Sequence record: SRR22947727_5974
Length of the DNA: 32,525 bases
Strand: one strand, 5' to 3'
The notes beneath the pieces were generated by a model, which worked only from the letters and a program-made list of their open reading frames with translations, was not told where the DNA came from and searched no databases. The translations under genes were made by a program, and so were the position numbers. Shown here in pieces: positions 1 to 8,674 of the stretch (its first letter is position 1; each line of letters opens with the position of its first letter).

Positions 1-16
1 AACAGGAATTGACTGA
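1..16 (+). CDS. 3' end of an upstream gene (reads ...T-G-I-D-stop), possibly F420H2:NADP+ oxidoreductase (NpdG/Fno)
   Basis: aca gga att gac tga at 2-16 ends 5 nt before the cofE start. NpdG proteins typically end in GIRITG-x. Only four codons are visible. Confidence 0.2.
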
Positions 17-21
17 CCGCT

Positions 22-795
22 GTGTTGCCGGGCGCTTTACAACTTAGCCCCCTGCCTGATTTTCCCGCGGTCGTCGCGGGCGATGTGTTGGCAGATTTGG
101 TCATCACAGCAACCCGCCGAAGCGGTCATCAGCTGCAAGACGGCGCGGTGTTGGTCATTGCGCAAAAAGTAGTGTCCAAGGCAGAGGGTCGCTTGGTTCA
201 TCTGCAAGACGTTATCGTCACGGCAGAGGCGCGGACCTTAGCCAAAGCGACGCAAAAAGATCCTCGGCTTGTCACCTTGATTCTGCAGGAGTCACGCGCC
301 GTGATTCGCACGCGGCCGGGCTTAATCATTAGCGAGCATCGTACCGGGCATATTCTTGCCAATGCGGGTATCGATTCATCTAATGTGGGGGCGGAGGGTC
401 AGAGTGAGTCGGTATTGCTGTGGCCTGAAGACCCCGATGCCAGCGCACGCACACTGTCGCTTCAGCTCTCGGCCGCACTGAATAGGAGAGTGCCCGTGCT
501 GATCAATGACAGTTTGGGGCGTCCATGGCGAATGGGCACGGTCGGCTTTGCGATCGGTACCTTTGGATTTGAGCCGGTCTGGGATCAAATTGGTGAAAAA
601 GACTTAGATGGCAGAATAATGCGGGTAACGGCACCGGCTATCGCCGATGCCTTAGCGGCAGCTGCCTCACTGGTACAGGGTGAGACAAATCAGGGTCGGC
701 CTGCGGTGTGGGTCGAGGGATGCGATTTGCGCCACGATGATCAGGTCAACACGAGCGTGCTGTTGCGGCCAGCGGAACAGGATTTGTTTCGATGA
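22..795 (+). CDS. cofE: Coenzyme F420-0:L-glutamate ligase (single domain, no C-terminal nitroreductase)
   Basis: Motifs AQKVVSKAEGR, ANAGIDSSN, LLWPEDPDASA, DSLGRPWRMG, DALAAAASLVQGE. 257 aa. Stop overlaps the cofD ATG (ATGA). Confidence 0.95.
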   Translation: MLPGALQLSPLPDFPAVVAGDVLADLVITATRRSGHQLQDGAVLVIAQKVVSKAEGRLVHLQDVIVTAEARTLAKATQKDPRLVTLILQESRAVIRTRPGLIISEHRTGHILANAGIDSSNVGAEGQSESVLLWPEDPDASARTLSLQLSAALNRRVPVLINDSLGRPWRMGTVGFAIGTFGFEPVWDQIGEKDLDGRIMRVTAPAIADALAAAASLVQGETNQGRPAVWVEGCDLRHDDQVNTSVLLRPAEQDLFR

Positions 796-1790
796 CTAGC
801 GGGTCGATTCGAGCTCACGGGCAAACCGACATACTGCTCCTAAGTGGCGGCGGCGGAGGTGCTCGACTGGCCGCGGGGTTGCACGCCGCGACCGGAGGTG
901 AGCACTTTAGCGTGGTGACCAATACCGGCGACGATTTTGAGCATCTGGGACTGATGATCTGTCCCGACACGGACAGCGTCCTCTATGCGCTATCGCAGCA
1001 AATTGACCCGGTGCGAGGGTGGGGCCGTGAAGGGGAGAGCTGGCAGGTTTTTGACGAGCTAACCCAGCTTGGGGGGCCTGACTGGTTTCAGTTAGGAGAC
1101 AAAGATCTGGCGCTCCATCTTATTCGCGCAGCGCTCTTGGCCGAGGGTAGGAGCCTCTCTGAGGTCACAGCGATATTGGCGCGTCGATTAGGCGTAGCGT
1201 CAGCGGCGTCGATTATGCCGGCCACCGAGGATCGCGTGCGAACCCGCGTGATGACTTCCCAAGGCGAGATGGCGTTTCAAGAGTATTTTGTAAAGCACCG
1301 GTGTGAACCTCAATTAACGGCGGTGCGCTACGAGGGGATCGCGGCAGCCAAACCTTCTCCAAGTTTGGTTGGCTTGTTAGCGGGCGCTGCGAGTCGAAGT
1401 ATCGACGTCGTGCTCGGCCCGTCTAATCCTTTTTTAAGTCTTGCGCCGATTTTAGACTTGCCAGGTATGGCCGACTTACTGCGTGAGCGAGCCCGACGAG
1501 TCATTGCTGTCTCGCCGATCGTGGCGGGGCAGGCCTTAAAAGGCCCCGCCGCGAAAATCATGTCCGAACTGGGATTGTCGGTGTCGGCGGCAGGGTGGAT
1601 GGAGTGGATGGCTGATCGCTATCCAGAACTGATCGATGTATGGGTGTGGGATGAACGAGATCATGCGCTCGCTGATGCGACTCGGATAGCGCACCCGAAC
1701 ATTGTCGTCACGGACACGATCATGAGTGACCGCGAGCGTGCGCAGCAATTCGCTGAGTGGATTCTGGGTGTGAGTGGCGATGGGGACTGA
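792..1790 (+). CDS. cofD: 2-phospho-L-lactate/PEP transferase (CofD/FbiA)
   Basis: LSGGGGGARL, VTNTGDDF, ICPDTDSVLY, WFQLGDKDLALH, FQEYFV, GPSNPFLS, VSPIVAGQALKGPAAK. Confidence 0.95.
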   Translation: MTSGSIRAHGQTDILLLSGGGGGARLAAGLHAATGGEHFSVVTNTGDDFEHLGLMICPDTDSVLYALSQQIDPVRGWGREGESWQVFDELTQLGGPDWFQLGDKDLALHLIRAALLAEGRSLSEVTAILARRLGVASAASIMPATEDRVRTRVMTSQGEMAFQEYFVKHRCEPQLTAVRYEGIAAAKPSPSLVGLLAGAASRSIDVVLGPSNPFLSLAPILDLPGMADLLRERARRVIAVSPIVAGQALKGPAAKIMSELGLSVSAAGWMEWMADRYPELIDVWVWDERDHALADATRIAHPNIVVTDTIMSDRERAQQFAEWILGVSGDGD

Positions 1791-2421
1791 GGCGATTGTC
1801 CCGCTGAAGTCCGTGTCCTCGACAAAGCAGCGGTTAACGGCTGCGCTCTCTGAGGTTGCTCGGCAGTCACTCGTGAAGGCGATGGCAGAAGACGTGCTAT
1901 CACAATTGCGATTGCATCCGGGTATCGATTCGGTGTCGATTGTGTGCGGCGACGGATGGTCGGCGGAGCAGTTTGCAGACCCGACGACTCGCGTCTGGCA
2001 TGAATCGACCCTAGGGGTTAATGGCCTTAACGGTGTCCTCACCGCGGCGCTGAAAAAAGCGGAGAGCGATAGCGTGTTGCTGATCCACGGGGATCTCCCT
2101 TTTTTGCAGCGAGACGACATTACAACGGTGCTCTCTGCGGCCTCGCGAGTCGACGTCGTGCTGTGCTCGGATCAATCCGGCGTCGGCACGAATGCCTTGT
2201 TGATGCAGCGTGAAGAGCCGATGGTGCTGTCTTTCGGTGAGCGGAGCTTTGCTCGCCACTGCGAAACCGTTACCGCGCTCGGCGCCTCCTGGGAAGCGCT
2301 GCAAAGCGCGGGCCTGGCAACGGATATTGATACGCCAGAGGACCTAGCGCTGCTCGGGCCGGAAGCAGTTGGTTTGGGGATGAGGACAGCGGCGTGGTGT
2401 CGAGATAATCGGTGGCGATAG
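1780..2421 (+). CDS. cofC: 2-phospho-L-lactate/PEP guanylyltransferase (CofC/FbiD)
   Basis: IVPLK..TKQRL, GLN, HGDLP, GTNAL, FGERSFARH, DIDTPEDL. ATG at 1780 (or GTG 1774) overlaps the end of cofD. Confidence 0.92.
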   Translation: MGTEAIVPLKSVSSTKQRLTAALSEVARQSLVKAMAEDVLSQLRLHPGIDSVSIVCGDGWSAEQFADPTTRVWHESTLGVNGLNGVLTAALKKAESDSVLLIHGDLPFLQRDDITTVLSAASRVDVVLCSDQSGVGTNALLMQREEPMVLSFGERSFARHCETVTALGASWEALQSAGLATDIDTPEDLALLGPEAVGLGMRTAAWCRDNRWR

Positions 2422-2596
2422 CGGGCGCATTGAGCGGTGGCTGACTGGCGCGTGAAAGTGTTGGGAGGCCTGAGATGGTTATGGGCGCCGGCAAGTTACC
2501 CACTTGTGTGATTAATGTCATGAAGGACGAGAGAATGTGCGTTGTGATCTCAAATGCTATTCAAAGTTACTTGTAACACTGTAAAGTAGGCGACCT

Positions 2597-5014
2597 ATGG
2601 GGGCAGATCAGATTGAGCGGTATGCCGCGCCGGCAGTCGAGGTGCGGAAGGTAGGCGTTGTTGTTCACGACACCGACGCCGAGCTTGCGCGCGCGCGAAT
2701 CTTACGCGATCAGGGTTATGGCGCTCGCATCACCTATAGCCCAAAAGTGTTTATCCCTGTGACGCAGTTGTGCCGGGATGTTTGCCACTACTGTACGTTT
2801 GCAAAAACCCCCTCTCAGCTAGACAACCTGTACTTACCAATCGATGAGATTCTCGAGACTGTGCGCTCGGGTGCGCGAGCCGGCTGTCGAGAAGTGCTGC
2901 TGACGCTCGGCGAGAAGCCGGAGCTACGCTATCGAGTCGCCAAGGAGTGGCTCGCGGATGCGGGATATGCGAGCACCGTCGATTATGTCGCCGCTGTGGC
3001 AGCGCGAATCGTCACGGAGACTGGTCTGTTACCGCACGTTAATGCGGGCACGATGAGTCGAAGCGAATTGACCCAACTCAGGCCTTATGCGGCATCGATG
3101 GGTCTCATGTTAGAGAGCGGTGCAGCTCGATTAGGCGAGAAGGGTGGCCCCCATTACGGTTCGCCCGACAAGGCGCCATGGCGACGGTGGTTAACGCTGG
3201 CCAGAGCCGGCGCGCTGCGAATACCCATGACGACGGGCTTGCTAGTGGGAATTGGTGAGACACGGGAAGAGCGGTTACAGGATTTACGAGGTATTCGCCG
3301 TTTGCATGAGCGTTACGGTCATATTCAGGAAGTGATCATCCAAAATTTCTGTGCCAAGGCCGGGACAAAAATGGCGGGCACTGACAATCTGAATCTCACT
3401 GAGATGACTTGGACGATCGCGCAGGCGAGGGCGATATTGCCGATTGAGATCAGTATTCAGGCGCCCCCTAATCTTAATGCGGGGCAGCTGGGCCAGCTCA
3501 TCGATGCGGGGATCAATGACTGGGGTGGTGTGTCGCCATTGACCCCGGATTATGTGAACCCTGAGGCGCCGTGGCCGAGTTTATCTGTTTTGCGTGCAGC
3601 GACCGCTGAGCGCGGTAAGCAGCTGTTGCCCAGATTGACGGTTTATCCACGTTATCTGAGCGAGCCGGAGTGGTTGGATCCCGCAATCCGGCCCGCTGCG
3701 CTCGAACTGGCTGACGCCGATGGCTTGGCGAGAGAGGATGACTGGCGGGCGGGAGCGTCCACTAAACCACCGGTCGCTTATTGGCGATCGAACGAGAGCG
3801 AGATCTCATCCCCAGTCGCCGAAGCGATAGAAGCGTGCTTGCGTGGCGAGGAAGTAGATGACGGTGCGATGTTGGCTTTATTTTCTGCGCGCGGTGCCGA
3901 GGTTGATGCGGTGTGTTCGGCAGCGGATACGCTCCGGCAGACGCAAGTGGGCGATGAAGTCACCTATGTGGTGAATCGCAATATTAACTACACCAATGTG
4001 TGCCAATACAGCTGCAGGTTTTGTGCATTTTCAAAGGGTGGCGGTGACGTGGAAGTCGCGCGTACGGCCTATGATATTGATGCGGCAGAGCTGCACCGTC
4101 GGGTTCAAGAAGCGGCGTCGCTGGGTGCCACTGAGGTGTGTTTGCAAGGCGGTATCCACCCGGATTACACCGGCCAGACCTACCTCGATATTGTGCGTAC
4201 GGTGAGAGAGGCTGCCCCCGATATCCATATTCATGCGTTTTCGCCTCTCGAAATAGACCAAGGCGCGTCAACCCTGCAACTGCCGGTCGCTCGTTTCTTA
4301 GAGATGCTCAGGGACGCCGGCTTGCAGTCTATGCCGGGTACTGCGGCGGAGGTGCTCGATGAGCGTGTGCGCGCGATTTTGTGTCCTGACAAGGTGACGT
4401 CTCAGCGATGGCTCGACATTATGGAGCAAGCGCACGGCGTCGGTTTGCGTAGTACCGCGACGATCATGTTTGGTCACGTTGATGATGCACGCTCATGGGT
4501 GCGGCACTGGCGCCAAGTGTTGGCGTTGCAACAACGAACCCAGGGTTTTACCGAGGTGGTGCCGCTCCCTTTCGTCAGCGAGGGCGCCCCAATTTATCGT
4601 CGCGGCGGGTCGAGGCCCGGTCCGACATGGCGTGAGGCGCTGTTAATGCACGCGGTGCTGCGGCTGACCTTGGGACACGCGATTCCCAATGTTCAGGCTT
4701 CCTGGGTGAAGCTCGGTCAGCAGGGCGCGCTTCAGATGCTGTCGGCTGGCGCCAATGATTTGGGCGGCGTATTGATTAACGAGAGCATTACCCGAGCGGC
4801 TGGCGCGGCGCATGGCCAAGTGTGGACGCCCTCGGATATGCAGGAGGCGATTAGTGGCTGCAATCGCTCTCCTCGCCAGAGGACGACGCTATATGGTCGG
4901 GTCAGTGACAGTCCGGCAGTTTCGTGGGGAACAACGCCGGTCCGATGGACGGACAACACACCGGCGGGTCGCAAGGAGAATCCGAAATACGTGACGCGGG
5001 CAATCTCGCTTTAA
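2597..5014 (+). CDS. fbiC: Bifunctional FO synthase (CofG-CofH fusion), two radical SAM domains
   Basis: ITYSPKVFIP-CRDVCHYC (CofG half) and YVVNRNINYTNVCQYSCRFC (CofH half); also NDWGGVSP, DYVNPEAPWP, PGTAAEVL, QASWVKLG, GANDLGG. 805 aa. Confidence 0.96.
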   Translation: MGADQIERYAAPAVEVRKVGVVVHDTDAELARARILRDQGYGARITYSPKVFIPVTQLCRDVCHYCTFAKTPSQLDNLYLPIDEILETVRSGARAGCREVLLTLGEKPELRYRVAKEWLADAGYASTVDYVAAVAARIVTETGLLPHVNAGTMSRSELTQLRPYAASMGLMLESGAARLGEKGGPHYGSPDKAPWRRWLTLARAGALRIPMTTGLLVGIGETREERLQDLRGIRRLHERYGHIQEVIIQNFCAKAGTKMAGTDNLNLTEMTWTIAQARAILPIEISIQAPPNLNAGQLGQLIDAGINDWGGVSPLTPDYVNPEAPWPSLSVLRAATAERGKQLLPRLTVYPRYLSEPEWLDPAIRPAALELADADGLAREDDWRAGASTKPPVAYWRSNESEISSPVAEAIEACLRGEEVDDGAMLALFSARGAEVDAVCSAADTLRQTQVGDEVTYVVNRNINYTNVCQYSCRFCAFSKGGGDVEVARTAYDIDAAELHRRVQEAASLGATEVCLQGGIHPDYTGQTYLDIVRTVREAAPDIHIHAFSPLEIDQGASTLQLPVARFLEMLRDAGLQSMPGTAAEVLDERVRAILCPDKVTSQRWLDIMEQAHGVGLRSTATIMFGHVDDARSWVRHWRQVLALQQRTQGFTEVVPLPFVSEGAPIYRRGGSRPGPTWREALLMHAVLRLTLGHAIPNVQASWVKLGQQGALQMLSAGANDLGGVLINESITRAAGAAHGQVWTPSDMQEAISGCNRSPRQRTTLYGRVSDSPAVSWGTTPVRWTDNTPAGRKENPKYVTRAISL

Positions 5015-5159
5015 GACTAACAGTCTTGACGTCAGGGGATCCATCTGGCTTTCTGGCAACGGGCTGCTGATCCGCAAGTTTTGGTGACAAGAGGTCAATC
5101 AGTAGCGGGTGCAGAGTAATCAGTGAGCGCAGAGAGAGCCGAGAGAGGGGTATTTTCCA

Positions 5160-5630
5160 GTGACCGATGAACTAGCAGCAAAGCTCGATCGCCTTGAGAG
5201 TCGGGGCCTGATTGAAGATCTTGTCAGCAATTATTGTCATGGTTTTGACAAGCGCGATTACGATCGTTTTCTCTCGATCTGGTGGGATGACTGCGTTTGG
5301 AAAATAGGCCCCCCGTTTGGCGATTTTAGCGGGCACGAGGGCATTCGTCAGGCGATCCACGAGGTGTTGTGGCCCGCATGGGCGCAGTCCCAGCATGTGA
5401 CCTCTAATTTAGTGGTGGAATTTACGTCGCCCGACTCCGCCTCTGGGATCTGCGATGTGGACTGCATGGGGCTATTGAGCGACAGCACTGACGCGACCTT
5501 CGTCGGTGCGACTTATCGAGATCGCTTTGAGCGTCGTGAGGGTGTTTGGAAAATGCGTGAGCGCGAGGTGGTGATTCACCACTTTAATGGGTTCCCGGGT
5601 ACTCAATTGACCAAGCCAGAAGCGATATAG
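5160..5630 (+). CDS. NTF2/SnoaL-like protein, LinA (gamma-HCH dehydrochlorinase)-like lyase
   Basis: 156 aa. The blocks LDRL.SR..I.DL, DKR, SIWWDD..W.I, VLWP, H...NL..EF.S.D...GI.DV and D..ERR.GVWK...R match my recollection of LinA. GTG start preceded by purine-rich GAGGGG. Confidence 0.8.
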   Translation: MTDELAAKLDRLESRGLIEDLVSNYCHGFDKRDYDRFLSIWWDDCVWKIGPPFGDFSGHEGIRQAIHEVLWPAWAQSQHVTSNLVVEFTSPDSASGICDVDCMGLLSDSTDATFVGATYRDRFERREGVWKMREREVVIHHFNGFPGTQLTKPEAI

Positions 5631-5718
5631 AATTGCGGTTGATATGCCACATACAGTGGTGATGGGTTGATGTTCTAAGAGTGAACCGATAACGAGTGAC
5701 ACGATTGAGGAAGGAAAG

Positions 5719-6564
5719 ATGGATAAAAGATTAGCAAACAAAGTGGCTGTGATTACTGGCGCGGCAAGTGGTATCGGCGCTGCGACGGCCAAAACTTTCG
5801 TCGAGCACGGTGCACGGGTGGTATTGGGGGATATTCAAGATGAGCTGGGTGCTTCTCTGGCGGAGGCGCTGGGTGGTGCTGACCATGCGACGTTTTGTCA
5901 CTGTGATGTCACGGATGAGCAGCAAGTTGAGGCGATGGTAGAAACCGCGGTATCGCAATATGGTGGTATCGACATCATGTTCAATTGCGCGGGGATCGTG
6001 GGGGCTGTCGGCCCCATGTCGACAACACCTGCGGCAGAGTGGAAGTTAACCATCGATATCATGCTTAATGGCGTGTTCTACGGTATGAAGCATGCCAGCC
6101 GCCACATGAAGGCCGCTGGATCGGGCTCCATTATCAGCATGTCGAGCACTGCTGGGGTAATGGGCGGACTGGGCCCTCACGCTTACGCGGCTGCCAAGCA
6201 TGCTGTGGTGGGTATGACCAAAAATCTGGCTGCCGAGGTGGGATCCTGTGGTGTGCGGGTAAACTGTATTGCACCCGCGGGTATGGCTACTCCGATGGTG
6301 GCCGATGTCATCACCGGTAATCACCAAAATCTTGATGAGACGATTGCGGCACTCGCCGAGGGTTCCCCGCTTAAGGGGCGCGCTGGGTTGGCGCAAGATG
6401 TCGCCAATGCGGCACTCTGGCTGGCCAGCGATGAGTCGGGGTACACCAGTGGTCTGACCTTAACGGTTGACGCAGGGGCGACCACTGGGTCAACCGCTGC
6501 AGCACCGGCATTTGCCGATTATGAGCCGATGAAGCGCGAAGCGGGCCGGACTGGACTAGAGTAA
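5719..6564 (+). CDS. Classical SDR oxidoreductase, NAD-preferring, secoisolariciresinol-dehydrogenase-like subgroup
   Basis: TGAASGIG, acidic GDI after beta2, FNCAGI, SS..G, GPHAYAAAKHAVVG (YxxxK), VRVNCIAP. Strong RBS gaggaagg. Confidence 0.9.
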   Translation: MDKRLANKVAVITGAASGIGAATAKTFVEHGARVVLGDIQDELGASLAEALGGADHATFCHCDVTDEQQVEAMVETAVSQYGGIDIMFNCAGIVGAVGPMSTTPAAEWKLTIDIMLNGVFYGMKHASRHMKAAGSGSIISMSSTAGVMGGLGPHAYAAAKHAVVGMTKNLAAEVGSCGVRVNCIAPAGMATPMVADVITGNHQNLDETIAALAEGSPLKGRAGLAQDVANAALWLASDESGYTSGLTLTVDAGATTGSTAAAPAFADYEPMKREAGRTGLE

Positions 6565-6570
6565 ACGCGT

Positions 6571-8631
6571 CTAGCGGTTGAGTCCGAAAACATACAGCCC
6601 CTGGCCGTCTGGGGGCTGATAAATATCGGGAAAGATCACCGCAGTCAGCGCTCTAAACACACCAATACCGGTTGGGATTGCTACGAACTGCTGGCCGTTA
6701 GCTTGATAGGTGATGGGGTAGCCATGAGCAGGTGCGGGGAGACGAGTCGACCATAGCTTCTTGCCCGTGTTGATATCAAAGGCCTGAAAATACCGATCTA
6801 AATCACCAATAAACAGGACCTCTCCGTCGGTGGAAACTGCGCCACTTAAAAATAGAGCGGGTTGTTCTATACGCCATTTTATGGTCATGGTACGCACGTC
6901 AATGGCCAGCAGTGCACCCGCCTTATCTTCTTTACCCGGCATAGGGTAGGTCGCAACATCGGCACCATAGCCGCCGCCGCCGGGGCCGAGATCCACCTCG
7001 CGGGGTGTCATGTCAGAGCACAGTTGGTGCACCGGCAGCAATAAAAGATGTGTCGACGCATCATAGGTGCCCGATTGCCAGTTATGGCCACCATAGATAC
7101 CGGGGCAGGCAGTGTAAGTATCGCCAATCTGCGCACCGGCAATGTCCGATCGGTAGGCGAGTGTCCCCGTTTTTCTATCGACCTCGAAAATGGTTTGATC
7201 CATGGTATCGAGCAGATCGATGTAGTCGCCCGTCTCTCGGTTCAGCTTCCACAAGATGCCATCTTTGCCAACGGTTAAGACTGTCGGTACCCCGTCAATA
7301 TCAGCAACAATGCGCTCAAACCCGACTTCCATATCGATCGTTTCCCCGGGAATGTGTTGGAAGTACCACATCAGGTCACCGGTTTTCGGTTTTAGCGCGA
7401 GGGTCGAATTGGTATAGAGCGCGGCGTCCTCAACCGACATTCCCCGGCTGGGTGCGGCCCATGGCTTGGGTTGAGAGGTGCCAAAGTAAATCAGATCTAG
7501 CGCAGGATCATAGGACCCGGTAATCCAAATGTCACCGCCGCCACGTCGATCAGGTGCCACATTGCCCCACGTGGCGTATTCGGGCGTACCGGGCAGCGCT
7601 AGCGTGGAGGTGCGCCACAATTCTTCTCCGGTGTCAGGATCGTGGCCGGTGATAAAGCAGCCATCTTCCGTGAACAGTTCGCATCCATTAATCCCACTGA
7701 CCACCACGCCATTGGCAACGATGGGTCCCGCGCTATGGGTAAAGGCTTCTCGGTAGTCTGCTTTTTGGGTGCGCCAAATTTGCTGCCCTGTTACCGCGTC
7801 CACCGCGACGAGCGCTGCGTCATAGGTCGCAAGGAATAGCTTGTCACCCCACAAAGCGATATTGCGGGTCGGTCCCCCCAGCATTTTTGATGCCGGCGGG
7901 AAGGCGTATTGATACTCCCAAATCAGTTCCCCAGAGTCCGCCTCTATCGCCTGAATTTTGTTGTTGGAGTGTGTCAGAAACATCACGCCATCTCGCACAA
8001 GCGGCGTCGGCTGATTGCTGCCAGTATGCATTGCCATGGACCACTTAAGACCGAGTCTGCTCACCGTCGAGGTGTTAATCGCTGTCAGCGGGCTGTGCCC
8101 ATGGCCATCCAGGGTGCGTCGCCAATTGAGCCAATCGCCGTCATCGGGCTGATTCAATTCCGCGGTACTAACAGGGCGAAAATTGGCCACGGTTTTGGCG
8201 GCATACTCACCTGCGTTACGCGCAAGATCCATGACGCTCCCAGCGCCCGAGAACGCGACCGCGTCAGGTGCCTCGGCGGCACTCAGGTCAGCGACTGACG
8301 TCCTCATCAGCGAATCTGCGGGTAGGCGTGATTGTGCAATAACGTGCTGCAGAATTTCAGCGTGTTGAGCAGGGGAGAGCGTGTCTGCCTGGCCGGGAGG
8401 CATCTCACTCATTTGATAAGTCAACAGCGCTTGTGCGGGTTGATGCGCCCATTTTGTCGTGAAGGCGGGACCTGACAGCGAAGCGCCGTGAGCAGATCCT
8501 CGGAGGGAAACCGCGTGACAGGTCGCACAGTGCTCAGCGTAAAGGGCTTCTCCCTGCTCTGTGGCACTGCCGAGGGAGCTGACAAATGCGCTGACAACGA
8601 GCATCAGCTGGAGTGTTCGCGTTTTCATCAT
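6571..8631 (-). CDS. Periplasmic PQQ-dependent dehydrogenase with an N-terminal cytochrome c domain
   Basis: Signal peptide, CATCH heme motif (aa 35-39) and MPPG axial Met. Then PQQ beta-propeller motifs DWLNWRR, SPLTAIN, repeated xDxxTGxxxW, GGHNW and YPITY..NG.QFV. Confidence 0.85.
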   Translation of the reverse strand: MMKTRTLQLMLVVSAFVSSLGSATEQGEALYAEHCATCHAVSLRGSAHGASLSGPAFTTKWAHQPAQALLTYQMSEMPPGQADTLSPAQHAEILQHVIAQSRLPADSLMRTSVADLSAAEAPDAVAFSGAGSVMDLARNAGEYAAKTVANFRPVSTAELNQPDDGDWLNWRRTLDGHGHSPLTAINTSTVSRLGLKWSMAMHTGSNQPTPLVRDGVMFLTHSNNKIQAIEADSGELIWEYQYAFPPASKMLGGPTRNIALWGDKLFLATYDAALVAVDAVTGQQIWRTQKADYREAFTHSAGPIVANGVVVSGINGCELFTEDGCFITGHDPDTGEELWRTSTLALPGTPEYATWGNVAPDRRGGGDIWITGSYDPALDLIYFGTSQPKPWAAPSRGMSVEDAALYTNSTLALKPKTGDLMWYFQHIPGETIDMEVGFERIVADIDGVPTVLTVGKDGILWKLNRETGDYIDLLDTMDQTIFEVDRKTGTLAYRSDIAGAQIGDTYTACPGIYGGHNWQSGTYDASTHLLLLPVHQLCSDMTPREVDLGPGGGGYGADVATYPMPGKEDKAGALLAIDVRTMTIKWRIEQPALFLSGAVSTDGEVLFIGDLDRYFQAFDINTGKKLWSTRLPAPAHGYPITYQANGQQFVAIPTGIGVFRALTAVIFPDIYQPPDGQGLYVFGLNR

Positions 8632-8674
8632 CGAATAGGCCTCTTTCGATGGTCACCATAGCGCATTTGTCAGA

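Noticed and set aside
5013-5034. AAGACT-AAC-AGTCTT hairpin and TGACGTCA palindrome after fbiC as a terminator
   Set aside because: Weak AT-rich 6-bp stem with no U-tract; could be chance.
5054-5068. TGGCAACGGGCTGCT as a sigma54 promoter for the LinA-like gene
   Set aside because: The GG-to-GC spacing is one base too short.
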